A stretch of 64,000 nt of DNA, taken from the NCBI RefSeq assembly GCF_009914755.1, contig NC_060931.1; one strand, 5' to 3'. A program made the translations under genes and the position numbers. The notes beneath the pieces are model-generated. The model saw only the letters and a list, made by a program, of their open reading frames with translations, was not told where the DNA came from and ran no database searches. Of this stretch, positions 30,830 through 44,100 are shown in pieces. Numbering within the stretch: position 1 is the first letter of the stretch; every line of letters begins with the position of its first letter. This stretch comes from the human T2T-CHM13v2.0 reference genome, Homo sapiens.

Positions 30830-31725
30830 GCCTAGAATGTGCAACAACAGGACTCATTTGTTACTGATGAAAATGCAAAAATGGTAAAGTCATTTTTTTG
30901 AAGACAGTTTCTTGCAAAAGTAAACGTCTTCTTACCATATGATCTATGATCTAGCAATCACACCCCTCGGTATTTACCCAAAGGTGTTGAAATTTGCATT
31001 CACACAAAAACGTGCACACAGATATTTATAGCAGCTTTATTCATAATTGCCAAAACTTAGAAGCAACCAAGATATACTTCAGTAGGTGAATGGATAAACT
31101 ATGGTACATCCAAACAATGGAATATTATTCAGCAATAAAAAGAGATGAGTTATCTCTCTGTTTTTTTTGAGATGGAGTCTCACTCTGTTACCCAGGCTGG
31201 AGTCCAGTGGTATGATCTCGGTCTTTTTTTAGGCCACAAAAAGACATGGAGAGAGCTTAAATGCATGCTACTAAGTGAAAGAAGCCAATCTAAAAAAGCT
31301 ACATATGGTATGACTCTGACTATACAATATTCTGGGAAAAGCAAAATGATGAAGACAGTAAACAAATCAGTGATTGCCAGGGGATAGTGGGGAGGGAGGG
31401 ATGAATAGGTGGAGCACACAGGATTTTCAGGGCAGTGAAACTATTCTGTGTGATAATTTAATGGTGGATACATGTCATACATTTATCCAAACCCATAGAA
31501 TGTATACCAGAAGTAAACCCTAATGTAAATTATGGTCTTTAGGTGATAACAATGTGTCAGTATAGGTTCACTGATTATACCGAATGTACCACTCTAGTGT
31601 GGGGTGTTGTTAATGGGGAAAGCTATGCCTGTGTGGAAGCAGGAAATCTGTGGAGATTCTCTGCACTCTCTGCTCAGTTTTGCTATGGACCTAACATTGC
31701 TCTAAAACATAGTCTATTTAAGAAC
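30830..31725 (+). mobile_element. L1MC1-like 3' end
   Basis: ggcagtgaaactattctgtg..aaacccatagaatgtata..aaccctaatgtaaattatgg..ctgctcagttttgctatggaccta. Confidence 0.85.
31161..31221 (-). mobile_element. Severely 5'-truncated Alu (~60 bp) inside L1MC
   Basis: ttttttttgagatggagtctcactctgttacccaggctggagtccagtggtatgatctcgg. Confidence 0.85.
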
Positions 31726-32569
31726 AACAAACACAACGAAACACCTTCTGAGCTTTGTCAAGGAGGAGAAAACACTAGAAAATTTTATTTCATGTGCAAC
31801 TCCAAAATGTGTGTTTTTGAAACTGTCAGATGCAAAATGGGATGATTTTGCTGAATTAAGATTGTCCTTTGTCTATGAAAGGTCTTTTCAGTTCTATAAT
31901 ATTTGGCTTTTGATGCACAAATCAGCACTCTTTCAAATCTTTATTGAAATCACCAGTATAAAGGAGATATTAGACCTGGCTCCATAGCATTTGTTCTTGT
32001 CTCATAAGAGAATTGCCAAGGGGAACAGAACCGTAAGGAAGGATGATAATCCGTGTCTGGAAAACCACTCCAACTGCTGATCCAGGGTCATGGGAAACAG
32101 CTTCAGAAAATCACACCCTTGCTTCTCCATCAACTTTTCACTCTATGAAGGGATTTAAATATTCTGGCTCTGAAAATGAATGCTTTTTCCTTCTTTAGCC
32201 AGAAAGTGTGAAGAACGGCATAATCAGAGTCCGCAGGAGTAATTTAAAAATTGTCATGTCTAAATGAGTAAACTTTTCAACAAAGCAATAGCTTTATGAA
32301 TTTGTTTCATTAGGAAGAAATAAAAAAGCAGATTCCACTCTAGAGCACAGAAAGTTTTGACAGTGGTTTTGCAATGCTTGATAATAATATTCTGAATTCT
32401 AAGGTAAGATGTGCTCTGCAAGTGCCCTGGGAAAAGCAAGCTGTTGCCAAGTAAAGCAGGTTTAGGTTGAGAAAAGGCTATGGGGTCTTCTGCACTAGTT
32501 CTCCTTCCATCAAATAAAGATGTGCACAGGAACAAGTGCATTTCACCATCACCACTGCTTTCACTACTA

Positions 32570-32790
32570 AAGAGGCAGCATGCCCTCTTTATGGTAGCCA
32601 AGAGCACAGACATTACAGTCACACAGACTGGGTTCAAATTCTAGCTCTGATATTTACTGTCAGAAAGACTTGGCCACATTGCTTAACCACTTTGTTTTCT
32701 TATCTGTAAGATATAGAATCTACATCAAAGCATTATTATAAAGGTTAATATAAAGATTAAATAAGTTAATACATGTAAAGTGCTTAAAGC
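32570..32790 (+). mobile_element. MIR
   Basis: agactgggttcaaattctagctctg..tcttatctgtaagat..tacatgtaaagtgctta. Confidence 0.75.
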
Positions 32791-32881
32791 AGAGTTTAAA
32801 ATTTATGACAATTTTTGACTGGACATTTTTTGAATTTTAACTTATTGGCGATACTTCAAGCCATGTAAGACAGAAAGTTTC

Positions 32882-33182
<301 letters not shown>

Positions 33183-33807
33183 GACAGAAAGTTCCTTGCG
33201 TTGTAAGATGAAAAATAAAATCAGCAATGTACCTATTTTAATAGTTTCATATAGCCACTCTCATTTTCTCATTATGATTAATCTTGGTGGTGACAAATAC
33301 CTGTTTATTCATTCACTTATTGTTTGTTCAGCAATTCATTAGTTGCTTAAAGTCTAGTATGTGCCAGTCATCATGTCATGGTTTGATGATCCAAAGGCAT
33401 ATCAAACACAAGACACATGAAGAAATTGTTATTAATTGTGACAATATAATGGAATGATTATTGAAATGGGGGTCATGGGAAGTCTTCAGAGGGGAAATGA
33501 CATTTGATCTGGATTTTGAGCCATGAGTAGGAATTTGCAGATGTAAAAGGGAAGAAGGGCTTCTGTACAAAGAGGATCGTGTGCTACAAGATTCAGGGAT
33601 AAGACTGGGCTTTACCCAGGACACAGAGAAACCTTTCATGTACTGGAAGGCAAAGCTTTGTGTTGAGAAGCATGCAGAAAACAAGGGGGTTGCAAAAGCA
33701 GGTTGGAACCTCATAGTGAAGAATTTAACCAGAAAGTATGGACTAGATTCTGTAGAAAAAGTAGAAGCAGGAGTCCTTCAAGTATGAAACACCTCCACTT
33801 CATAGAC

Positions 33808-34489
33808 TGCATTAGTTTTCTATTAGTGCAAAACAAATTACCAAAGACTCAGCAGCTTAAAATAACACAAATTTATTATCTTACTATGTCAATGGGTCAG
33901 AAATACAGCATAAATTTGTTGGATCCTTTGCTTCTGGGTGTCACAAGGCTCAAATCAATGTGTTAACTGAGTGCATCTTCACATAAGGCTCAAGTAGGGA
34001 AAGATCTACTTTCTCGTTCTCTAAGGCTGTTGGCAAAACTCATTTCTTGTGATGTGTGACTGATATTCTCTTGCTAGCTGTTGGCTAGAACCACTCCAAG
34101 CTCCTAGAGACCGTTCTTGGGTTCTTGCCATATGGTCCCCCCCACTCACATCATAGCAACTTACTTCAAGGACAGCAGTAGGATCTTTACCACTATTTGA
34201 GTCTTTTTCATCAAGGAACAGCTCAGTTCTTTTTAAAGCCTTACTTGCTTAGATCAGGCTGCTTAAGGACAATCTCTTTTTCTGTTTTTTTTTTTTTCCT
34301 AAGTCAACTGATTTGGGGCCTTAATTATATACATAAAATTCTTTCAGCTTTATCAGGAAACATAACCTAAGGAAGTGACCATCCCATCATATTCATGGGT
34401 TCTGCCCACATCCAAGGTGAATGGAGGATACAGGGCATGTAAATCGGGGTAGGAAACGTAGGGGCCATCTTAGAATTCTGCCTACTACA
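33808..34489 (-). mobile_element. MLT1E-type MaLR solo LTR
   Basis: TG..CA termini, 5-bp TSD TAGAC (33803-33807 / 34490-34494); ggggccatcttagaattctgcctac end. Confidence 0.85.
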
Positions 34490-35930
34490 TAGACTTTCTG
34501 CTTTTGAGGGTTAATGGGCTGACTTTGATCTCCATAATGTCTTCCCGAAAGACTTATTTTAAGGGCTATAAAATAATCATCTTTTTGTTTCCTCAACCCT
34601 TTGCCACAGATTTTCATCATGTCAAATGGACTATGTGCTAGATTGATTTGATCTTGCAGTAAATCTTATTTTTTCAGGAGGGACTAGCTGTGACTAGGCC
34701 TGGGTATGTATTAACAAACTTATTTTCCAGTCATATCAGGCACAGATTGTTATGTATATTGGAAATGATTTGCTAGTTGAAAGCACATTTAAAAAAAAAT
34801 ACACAAAAACTTAAACAACTCTTAATATGCTCAGTGAAACAAATAGTTTTAAATTCCACCATTAGGAACATTTATCACTTGTGCATGAAGCAAACATATC
34901 ATTGAATTTTCCCAAAGATTGAGAAACACTCAGTAAGATGTGTTTAAAGATTTATAAGCTGAAGCTGTTTAGAAAATAGCTCAACTCTCTGGCAGCATTT
35001 ATTCTTGGCCTGATATAAGCCCAGGCATGGAATTTAAGGCAGGGACAATCTCCATTGTCCTGAAATCAATGAAAATGTTGTGGAGACAGTTTCACCCCAA
35101 AGGCAATGGAGCAAAAGGAAAATAATCAACTTCCTTCAGTTTCTCTCTGTGTCTTTCTTGTTGCTTTTGAAGGGATCTATGATGTGGGAGTAATTAAATG
35201 TTCCCAAAGAATACAAAAGAACAGACTAAGCCTTGGTGATGTGAGAGAACTTTAGTGAACAAGGCAGACAATTAAATACGTTGATGGGGCATTACGTAGC
35301 TTCTAATAACTAGCGCATAGGAAACAACATGAAAAAAAAGAGAGAGGAAAACAAGAGATCATCATTTGTGAATAACTTCCGAGAAGACAGAACAAATTCG
35401 GGATTACAAAAGTGTTCTATGGTTTATCAGTCGGAGATGGGCCTGTTCTTTTCAATCAATCACCCCTTATCAAAATTCTTTCTATTCATTTTTCTTTAAG
35501 TGGGTTATAAAACTTTATGTTTTCTTCCTGGTTGTGTGTGCTTGAATTTCATATCAGGGAATCTGATTTGAAAGCATATAGAATGATCATACCTTTAACA
35601 TGTCACTATCCTGTAGTGTTCTCCCCTTGCTGGACCAAGGGCCACAAGCAAGGGACAGACATGCTGTTAGTACCTCCATACCCCATGCTACTTTCTCATT
35701 TGTCCAAGCCAAGCAAGACATGTTTAACAAGCACATAGTATGCTATGATGCTAAACTCCTAATATTTCAGGATCAGAAATTCATGCTTTGTATCCAATCT
35801 TTGATAAATATTGATTGCTTAAATATACCAAATTAATAAATCTTTCTATTTTTTCTTTTCATTTTTTAATTTCAAAGCCCTTTGTTTTTAATAAAAAGAT
35901 TTTAATTCTAATTTCTATCCCCCCCACACT

Positions 35931-35983
35931 CATATATATAACACATATACACATATATACACACACACATATATATATACACA

Positions 35984-36024
<41 letters not shown>
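35931..36024. repeat. Mixed (CA/TA)n then (TG)n alternating purine-pyrimidine tract
   Basis: Seen directly. Confidence 0.9.
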
Positions 36025-36025
<1 letters not shown>

Positions 36026-37062
36026 GCAGAAATTTGATGCAATTTATACTATATATATTTTTAACTTTTACTTTTATGTTCAGGTGTACATGTGCAGTTT
36101 TGTTATATAGGTACATTGCGTGTCACAGGGATTTGGTGTCAGATTATTTTATCACCCAGATAATAAACATAATATCTGATAGGCAGTTTCTCAATTCTCA
36201 CCCTCCTCCCAACCTCCAACTTCAAGTAGGCCCCAGTGTTTGTTGCTTCCTCCTTCGTATCCATGGGTACCCAATGTTTAACTCCCACTTATAAAAGAGA
36301 ACATGTATTATTTGGTTGTCTGTTCCTGCATTCGTTTGCTTAGGATAATGGCACTCAGCTTCTTCATAGTGCTGCAAAGGACATGATTTTGTTCTTTTTT
36401 ATGGCTGTTTTAGTATTCCACAGTGTATATGAACCACATTTTCTTTATCTAGTCTACTGTGAAGACATGTAGATTGATTCCATGCCTTTGCTATTGTGAA
36501 TAGTGCTGCAATGAACATATGCATGCATGTGTCTTTATGGTAAAACAATTTATATATTCCTTTGGGTATGATATAGTTTGGCTCTGTGTCCCCTCCAAAT
36601 CTCATCTCAAATTATAATACCCATGTGTCAAGGGAAGGACTTGGTAGAAAGTGATTGGATCATGAAGGCTATTTATGTTTTTCTCATGATAGTGAGTGAG
36701 TTCTAAAGATATCTCTTGGTTTTAAAGTTTTTGGCAGTTCCTCCTTCTCTCTCTGTCTCTCCTGCCTCCTTGTGAAGAAGATGCCTGCTTCCCCTTCACC
36801 TTCTACCATGATTGTAAGATTCCTTAGGCCTCCCCAGCCATGGGGAACTGCGAGTCAATTAAACCTCTTTTGCTTATAAATTACTCAGTCTCAGGAAGTT
36901 CTTTATAGCAGTGTCAAAATGGACTAATACAGAAAATTGGTACCGAGAGTGGGATACTGCTATAAAGATACCTGGAAATGTGGAAGCGACTTTGGAGCTG
37001 GGTAATGGGCAGAGGTAAGAACAGTTAAGAGGGCTCAGAAGAAGACAGGAAGATGTGGGAAA

Positions 37063-37662
37063 TGTTAACGGTAGAGGGTATCCAGGTTGTTGGCATCTTG
37101 AACAAAGAATTGGAACACCGCATGTTCTCACTCATAGGTGGGAACTGATCAGTGAGAACACTTGGACACAGGAAGGGGAGCATCACACACCGGGGCCTGT
37201 TGCGGGATGGGGGTAGGGGGGGAGGGAAAGCATTAGGAGACATACCTAATGTAAATGACAAGTTAATGGGTGCAGCACACCAACATGGCACATGTATACC
37301 TATGTAACAAACCTGCACATTGTGCACATGTACCCTAGAACTGAAAGTATAAAAAAAAATTGGACAAAACACAAAAACAAAGCAAGGAAGGAATGAAGGG
37401 TTTTATTGAAAATGAAAGTACACTCTGCAGTCTGGGAGCAGGCCTGAGCATAGGGGCTCAAAGGCCCCATTCCAGAATTTTTGAGAGTTTAAATACCCCC
37501 AGAGGATTCCATTAGTTGCTTTGGGTATGCCCTATGTAAATGGAGAGGATGAAGTGAAATTACAAAGTCATTTATGCCCTAACGGAGAGGATATTTCCTG
37601 TTATAGCTGAAGTGTGAATTGGCCTTATGTTCCCTGCCTCCAGACCCTATTTTCCTGCCTCA
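37063..37662 (-). mobile_element. MER61A-like ERV1 solo LTR inside THE1D-int
   Basis: Minus strand tgaggcaggaaaatagggtctggaggcagggaacataaggccaattcac..ccgttaaca; TSD ggaaa/ggcaa. Confidence 0.85.
37114..37359 (+). mobile_element. Short L1PA (PA5/6-like) 3' fragment inside the MER61 LTR
   Basis: L1 3'UTR with A9 tail; TSD aattgga (37108-37114 / 37358-37364). Confidence 0.92.
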
Positions 37663-37940
37663 GGCAAGATTGGCACTTCCTAGAATCTTGTTGAATGCTT
37701 TTGACCAAAATGCTGATAGTGATATGGACAATGACATCCAGGATAAGATGTTTCAGATGGAGATGAGGAACTTATTGGGAACTGGAAGAAAGGTCACTCT
37801 TGTTATGCTTTAGGAAAGAGATTGGCGGCATTTTGCCCCTGCTGTAGAGATCTGTGGAACTTTGAACTTGAGAGAGGTGATTTAGGGTACCTTGGGGAAG
37901 AAATTTCCAAGCAGCAAAGCATTCAAGAGTTAACCTGGCT

Positions 37941-38157
37941 GAGGGATCGAGACCATCCTGTCCAATATGGTGAAACTCTGTCTCTACTAGAAATATAAAA
38001 ATTAGCTGGGCGTAGTGGCATGTGCATGTAGCCCCAGCTGCTCAGGAGGCTGAGGCAGGAGACTTGATTTAACCTGGGAGGCAGAGGTTGCAGTGAGCCA
38101 AGATTGCACCACTGCACAACAGAGCAAGACTCAGTCTCAAGAAAAAAAAAAAAAAAA
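37941..38157 (+). mobile_element. 5'-truncated AluS (Sc-like) inside THE1D-int
   Basis: gatcgagaccatcctg..A tail; flanked by aacctggct repeats. Confidence 0.88.
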
Positions 38158-41100
38158 GAAGGTAACCAAACCTGGCTTTTTCTGACAGCGTAAACCTAAT
38201 TTTCTGGGAATAAATTCAACCTAGCTACAGAAATTTGCATAACTAATGAGGGGCCAAATGTTAATAGCCAAGCTATGGGGAAAATGCCCCCAGGGCATTT
38301 CAGAGATCTTCACAGTAGCCCCTCTCATCACAGGCCTGGAGACCTAGGAGGGAAAAATAATTTTGTGTACTGAGCCCAGGGTCCCACTGCTCTGTGGAGC
38401 CTCAGGACATGGTGCCCTGCGTTCCAGTTGCTCCAGCTCCAGCCATGGCCAAAAGGGACCAAGCTACAGCTTGCACCATGACTTTAGAGGATGCAAGCCC
38501 CAAGCCTTGGTGCCTTCCACATGGTGTTGAGCCTGCAGGTGTGCAGAAGACAAGAGTTGAGCTTTGGGATTCTTCACCCGGATTTCAGAGGAGGTATGAA
38601 AACTCCTGGATGCCCAAGCAGAAGTCTGCTGCAGGGGCAGAGCCCCCATGGAGAACCTCCACTAGGACAATGTGGAGGGAAAATGTGGGGTTGGAGCCCT
38701 CACACAGAGTACCCACTGGGGCACTGCCTAGTTGAGCTGTGAGAAAAGGGCCACCACCCACAATGGTAGATCCATCAACAGCTTGCACTGTGCACCTAGG
38801 AAAGCTGCAGACACTCAATGCCAGCTCGTGAAAGCAGCTGCAGGGGCTGTATCCTGCTGAGCCACAGAGGCAGATCTGCCCAAGTCCTTGGGAGCCTATC
38901 TTTTACATAGGCATGCCCTGGATGTGCAACATGGAGTCAAAGGAAATTATTTTGAAATTTTAAGATTTAAAGATGTGCCCTGGTGGTTTTCAGACTTGCA
39001 TGGGGCCTGTGGACCCTTTGTTGTGGCCAATTTCTCCCATTTAGAATGGGAACATTTACCTAATGCCTGTACCCCCATTGCATCTTGGAAGTAACTAACT
39101 TGTATTTGATTTTACAGGCTCATAGGCAGAAAGGCCTTGCCTTGTCTCTGATGAGACTTTGAACTTGAGCTTTTGAGTTAACGCTGGAATGAGTTAAGAC
39201 TATGGAGGAACTATTAGGAGGGTATGATTGGTTTTGAAATGTGAAAAGGACATCAGAGGAGAGCAGGAGGGAGAAAAAAAAAGGACATGAGATTTGGGTG
39301 GGGCCAGGGTGGAATTATATGGTTTGGCTCTGTTTCCCCACGCAAATCTCATCGTGAATTGTAATCCGCATGTGTCCAGAAAGGGACCTAACAGGAGGTG
39401 ATAGGATCATGGAAACAGTTTCCCCCATGCTGTTGTCATGATAGTGAGGGAGTTCTCATGAGATCTGATGGTTTAAACGTGGCTGTTTCCCCTGTACTCT
39501 CTCTGTCCTGCTGCCTTGTGAAGAAGGTGCTTGCTTCCCCCTTCACCTTTCACCATGACTATAAGTTTCCTGAGGCCTCCCCAGTCATGCAGAACTGTGA
39601 GTCAATGAAACCTCTTTCGTTTACAAATTACACAGTTTCAGGGAGTTTTATAGCATTGTGAAAATGGACTAATACAGGGTTTATATCCAGTAATGGAATT
39701 GCTGGGTAAAATGGTATATCTGTTTTAAGTTCTTTGAGAAATTGCCCCACTGCTTTCCACAATGGCTGAACTAATTCACATTCCCACCTGCAGTGTGTAA
39801 GTGTTTCCTTTTCTCCACAACTCACCAGCATCTGTTATTTTTTGACTTTTAAAAAATAGCCATTCTGACTGGTGTGAGATGGTATGTCATTGTGGTTTTG
39901 AGTTGCATTTCACTAATGATTAATGATATTGAACATTTTTTCATATGCCTCTTGGCCGCATGTATGCCTTCTTTTGAAATGTGTCCCTTTATGTCCTTTG
40001 CCCACTTTTTAATGACATTGTTGTTTTTTGTTTTTTTTTTGCTTGTTAATTTAAGTTCCTTATAGATTCTGGATATTAGACCTTTGTCAAATGTATAGTT
40101 TGAAAATATTTTCTCCCATTTTACAGGTTTTTTGTTTACTCTGTTGATAGTGTCTGTTGTTTTGCAGAAGCTCTTTCATTTAATTAGGTCCCATTTGTCA
40201 ATTTTTGTTGTTGTTTCAATTTCTTCCTGCATCTTCATCACGAAATGTTTGCCAGGGCCTATGTTCAGGATGGTATGCCCCAGGTTTGCTTCTAGGGTTT
40301 TTGTAGTTTTCGCTTTTACATTTAAATCTTTAATCCATCTTGAGTTAATTTTTGGATATGATGTAATGAAGGGGTCCAGTTCTAAACTTCTGCATATGGC
40401 CAACCAGTTATCTCAGCACCATTTTTTGGATAGAAAGTCCTTTCCCCATTGCTTATTCTTCTCAACTTTTCCAAAGATCAGATGGGTGTAGGTGTGCAGC
40501 TTCATTTCTGGGCTCTCTGCTCTGTTTCATTAGTCTATGTGTCTGTTTTTATGCCCTAATCAGATTGTTTTTATTATTGTAGCCTTGTATCATAGTTTGA
40601 AGTTTGGTAATGTAATGCCTCCAGCTTTATTCTTTTTGCTTAGGATTATCTTGGCTATTTGAGGTTTGTTGTTTTTCCATATAAACTGTAGAATAGTTTT
40701 TTTCTAATTCTGTGAAAAATGTCATTGGTAGTTGACAGGAATAGCACTGAATCTGTAAATTGCTTTCAGCAGTATGGCCATTTTTACAATATTGAATCTT
40801 TCTATCCAAAAGCATGGAATGTTTTCTATTTGTTTGTGTCACCTGTGATTCGTTTGAGCAGTGTCTGGTAATTCTTACTGTGGAGATCTTTCACCTCCCT
40901 GGTTAGCTATACTCCTGGGTATTTGATTCTTTTTGTGGCTATTGACAATACAATTGCATTCTTCATTTGGCTATCAGTTTGGACATTGTTGGTGAATATA
41001 AATGCTACTAATTTTTGTACATTGATTTTGTATTCTAAAACTTTTCTAAAGTTGTTTATCAGAACAGAGAGCTTTTGAGCAGAGGCTATGGGATTTTCTA

Positions 41101-44100
41101 TATATAAATCATATAATCTGCAAACAGAGATATTTTGACTTCATCTCTTCCTATTTGGATGCCTTTTATTTTTTCTCTTGTCTGATTGTTCTGGCTAGGA
41201 TTTCCAGTAATATATTGAATAGGAATGGAGAAAATAGGTATTCTTGTCTAATTCCAATTTTCAAGGGGAATACTTTCAGCTTTTGCCCATTCAATATGAT
41301 GTTAGCTGTGGCTTTGTCATACATGGTTCTTATTATTTTGCAGTATGTTCCTTCAATGCCTAGTTTGTTAAGGGTTTTTGAAGATGAACGGATGTTGAAT
41401 TTTATCAAAAGCCTTTTCTGCATCTATTGAGATAATCATGTAGCTCTTGTTTTTAGTTCTGTTTTTGCGATGAATGATATTTATTGATTTGTGTATGTTG
41501 AACCAACTTTACATCCCAGGGATAAAGCCTACTCGACTGTGGTGGATTTGGTTTGCTAGTATTTTGTTGAGGATTTTTGCATCAATGTTCATCAAAGATA
41601 TTGGCATTAAGTTTTATTTTTTTGTTGTGTCTTTGCCAGGTTTTGGCATCAGAATGATGCTGGCCTCATAGAGTGTGTTAGGGAGGAGTCCCTCCTTCTC
41701 AGTGTTTTTGGAATAGCGTCAGTGGGAATGGTACCAACTCTTCTTTACACATCTGGTAGGAATAGGCTGTGAATCTCTGCTCCCAGGCTTTTTTTGGTTG
41801 GTAGACATTTTGTTACTGATTCAGTTTTTGAACTTGTTGTTTGTCGGTTGGGGATTTCAATTTCTTTCTGGTTCAATTTTGGGAGGTTGTATGTTTCCAG
41901 GAATTTATCCATTTATTGTAGACTTTCTTGTTTGTGAGCATAAAGGTGCTTTATAATAGTCTCAGAGGATTTTTTTTTTATTTTTGTGGAATCAGAAGTA
42001 ACATTTTCCTTGTCATTTCTGTTTGTGTTTATTTGGATCTTCTCTTCTTTTTTCATGATAAAGAAAAAAATTATTAGCTACCAATAAACACATAGCTACC
42101 ATGTGTTTACTGGTAGCTAGGAGTTAACCAATCTTATTCATTCTTTCAAGGAACAAGCTTCTGTATTTGTTTATCTTTTATGGTTTTTCACATGTCAATT
42201 TCATTCAGTTCAGCTCTGATTCTGATTATATCTTGTCTTCTGCTAGCATTGGGGTTGGTTTGCTCATGTTTTTCTAGATGCTCTAGGTGTGATTTTAGGT
42301 TGTTAATTTGAGATTTTTCTAACTTTTGATGTGAAATTTTAGCACTATGAACTTTCCTCTTAACACTGCTTTAGCTGTATCCCAGAGATTTTGGTATATT
42401 ATATCTTTCATCTCAGTTTCTAAGAATTTCTTGATTTCTGCCTTAATTTCACTGGTTCCCCAAAAGTCATTCAGGAGCAGGTTGTTTAATTTCCATGTAA
42501 TTGTATGGTTTTGAGTGATCTTCTTAGTATTGATTTCTATTCTTATTGCACTATTATCCAATAATGTGGTTGGTATAATTTCATTTCTTTTGAGTTTGCT
42601 GACAATTGTTTTATGGCCAATTGCATGGCTGATTTTAATATATGTGTCATGTGGCAGTGAGAAGAATGTACATTCTGTTGTGTTTGGGTGGAGATTCCTG
42701 TAGATATCTATTAGGTCTGTTTGCTCAAGTGTTGAGTTCACATCCTGAATATCTTTGTTAGTTTTCTGCCTTGATGATCTGTCTAATACTGCCAGTGGGT
42801 TGTTGAAGTCTCCCACTATTTTGTGTTATCTAAGTATCTTCGTAGGTCTCTAAGAAGATGTTTTATAAATCTGGGTGCTGCTATGTTGGGTACATGTACA
42901 CTTAGGATAGTTAGGTCTTCTTGTTGAACTGAACTCTTTACCATTATGTAATGCCCTTCTGTGTCTTTTTTGATCATTGTTGGCTTGACATCTGTTTTGT
43001 CTAAAATTGGAATAGCATTACCTGCTTTTTAAAATTTCTTATTTGCTTGGTAGATTTTTCTCCATCCTTTTATTTTGGCCTATGGGTGTTGTTGCATGTG
43101 AGATGGGCTATTGAAGATAAGAGACCCATCTTTTGGGACTTGCTTCTTTATCCAACTTTCCACTCTGTGCCTTTTAATTGGGGCATTTAGCCTATTATTT
43201 ATATAATCCTGTCCCCGCGTTGCTAACTGGTTATTGTGCAAACTTGATTTTGTAGTTGATTTATAGTGTCGATGGCATAGTACTTAAGTGTGTTTTTGTG
43301 ATGGCTAGTAATGGCCTTACCTATCCATATTTAGGACTCCTTTTAGAACCTCTTTTAGGGCAGGTCTGGTGGAAACAAATTTCCTTAGCATTTGCTTCTC
43401 TGAAAAGGATTCTATTTCTCCTTCATTTAGGAAGCTTAGTTTGGCTGGATATGAAATTCTTGGTTGGAATTCCTTTTTTTTTTTTTTTTAAGAATGCTGA
43501 ATACAGCCCCCAATATCTTTGAGCTTCTATGGTTTCAACTAAAAGCTCTATTTTTAGCCTGATTGCATCCCTTTTTAAATGACCTGACCTTTATCTTCAG
43601 CTGCCTTTAATATTTTTTCTCTCATTTTGACCTAGGAGAATCTGATAACTATGTGTCATGGGAATGGCCATCTTGAATGGTATCTTGCAGGGGTTCTGTG
43701 CATGTTCTGAATTAGAATGTTGGCCTCTCTAGCAAGGTTGGGGTTATGATCACGGATGATATCCTCAAATACATTTTCCAGGTTGCTTGCTTTTCCTCCC
43801 TCTCTTTTAGGAACACCAATTAGTCATAAATTTGGTTCCTACGTAATCCCGTATTTTATGGAGGTTTTGTTCATTCTTTTTTTAATTCTCTTTTTTATTT
43901 TTGTCTGACTGAGTTAATTCAGAGAGCCCTGGAGATTAGAGTCTTAGAGCTCTGAGATTCTTTCCTCGGCTTATTATATTCTACTCTTAATACTTGTGAT
44001 TGTATTTCAAAATTCTTGTAGTGAGTTTCTCAGCTCTATCAGATCAGTTTAGTTCTTTCTTAAAATGGGCATTTTGTCTTTTAGCCTTTGTATCGCTTTA

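Larger units (their letters stand above)
36569..39676 (+). mobile_element. Full THE1D-like MaLR provirus (LTR 36569-36931, internal, LTR 39315-39676)
   Basis: Two LTRs t(g/t)atat(a/g)gtttggctctgt..ggactaataca; purine tract before the 3' LTR; TSD gggta/gggtt; internal ORF remnants 38394-39094. Confidence 0.92.

Noticed and set aside
37515-37580. p53 response element in the MER61 LTR
   Set aside because: gggtatgccc does not fit RRRCWWGYYY on either strand, and there is no paired half-site.
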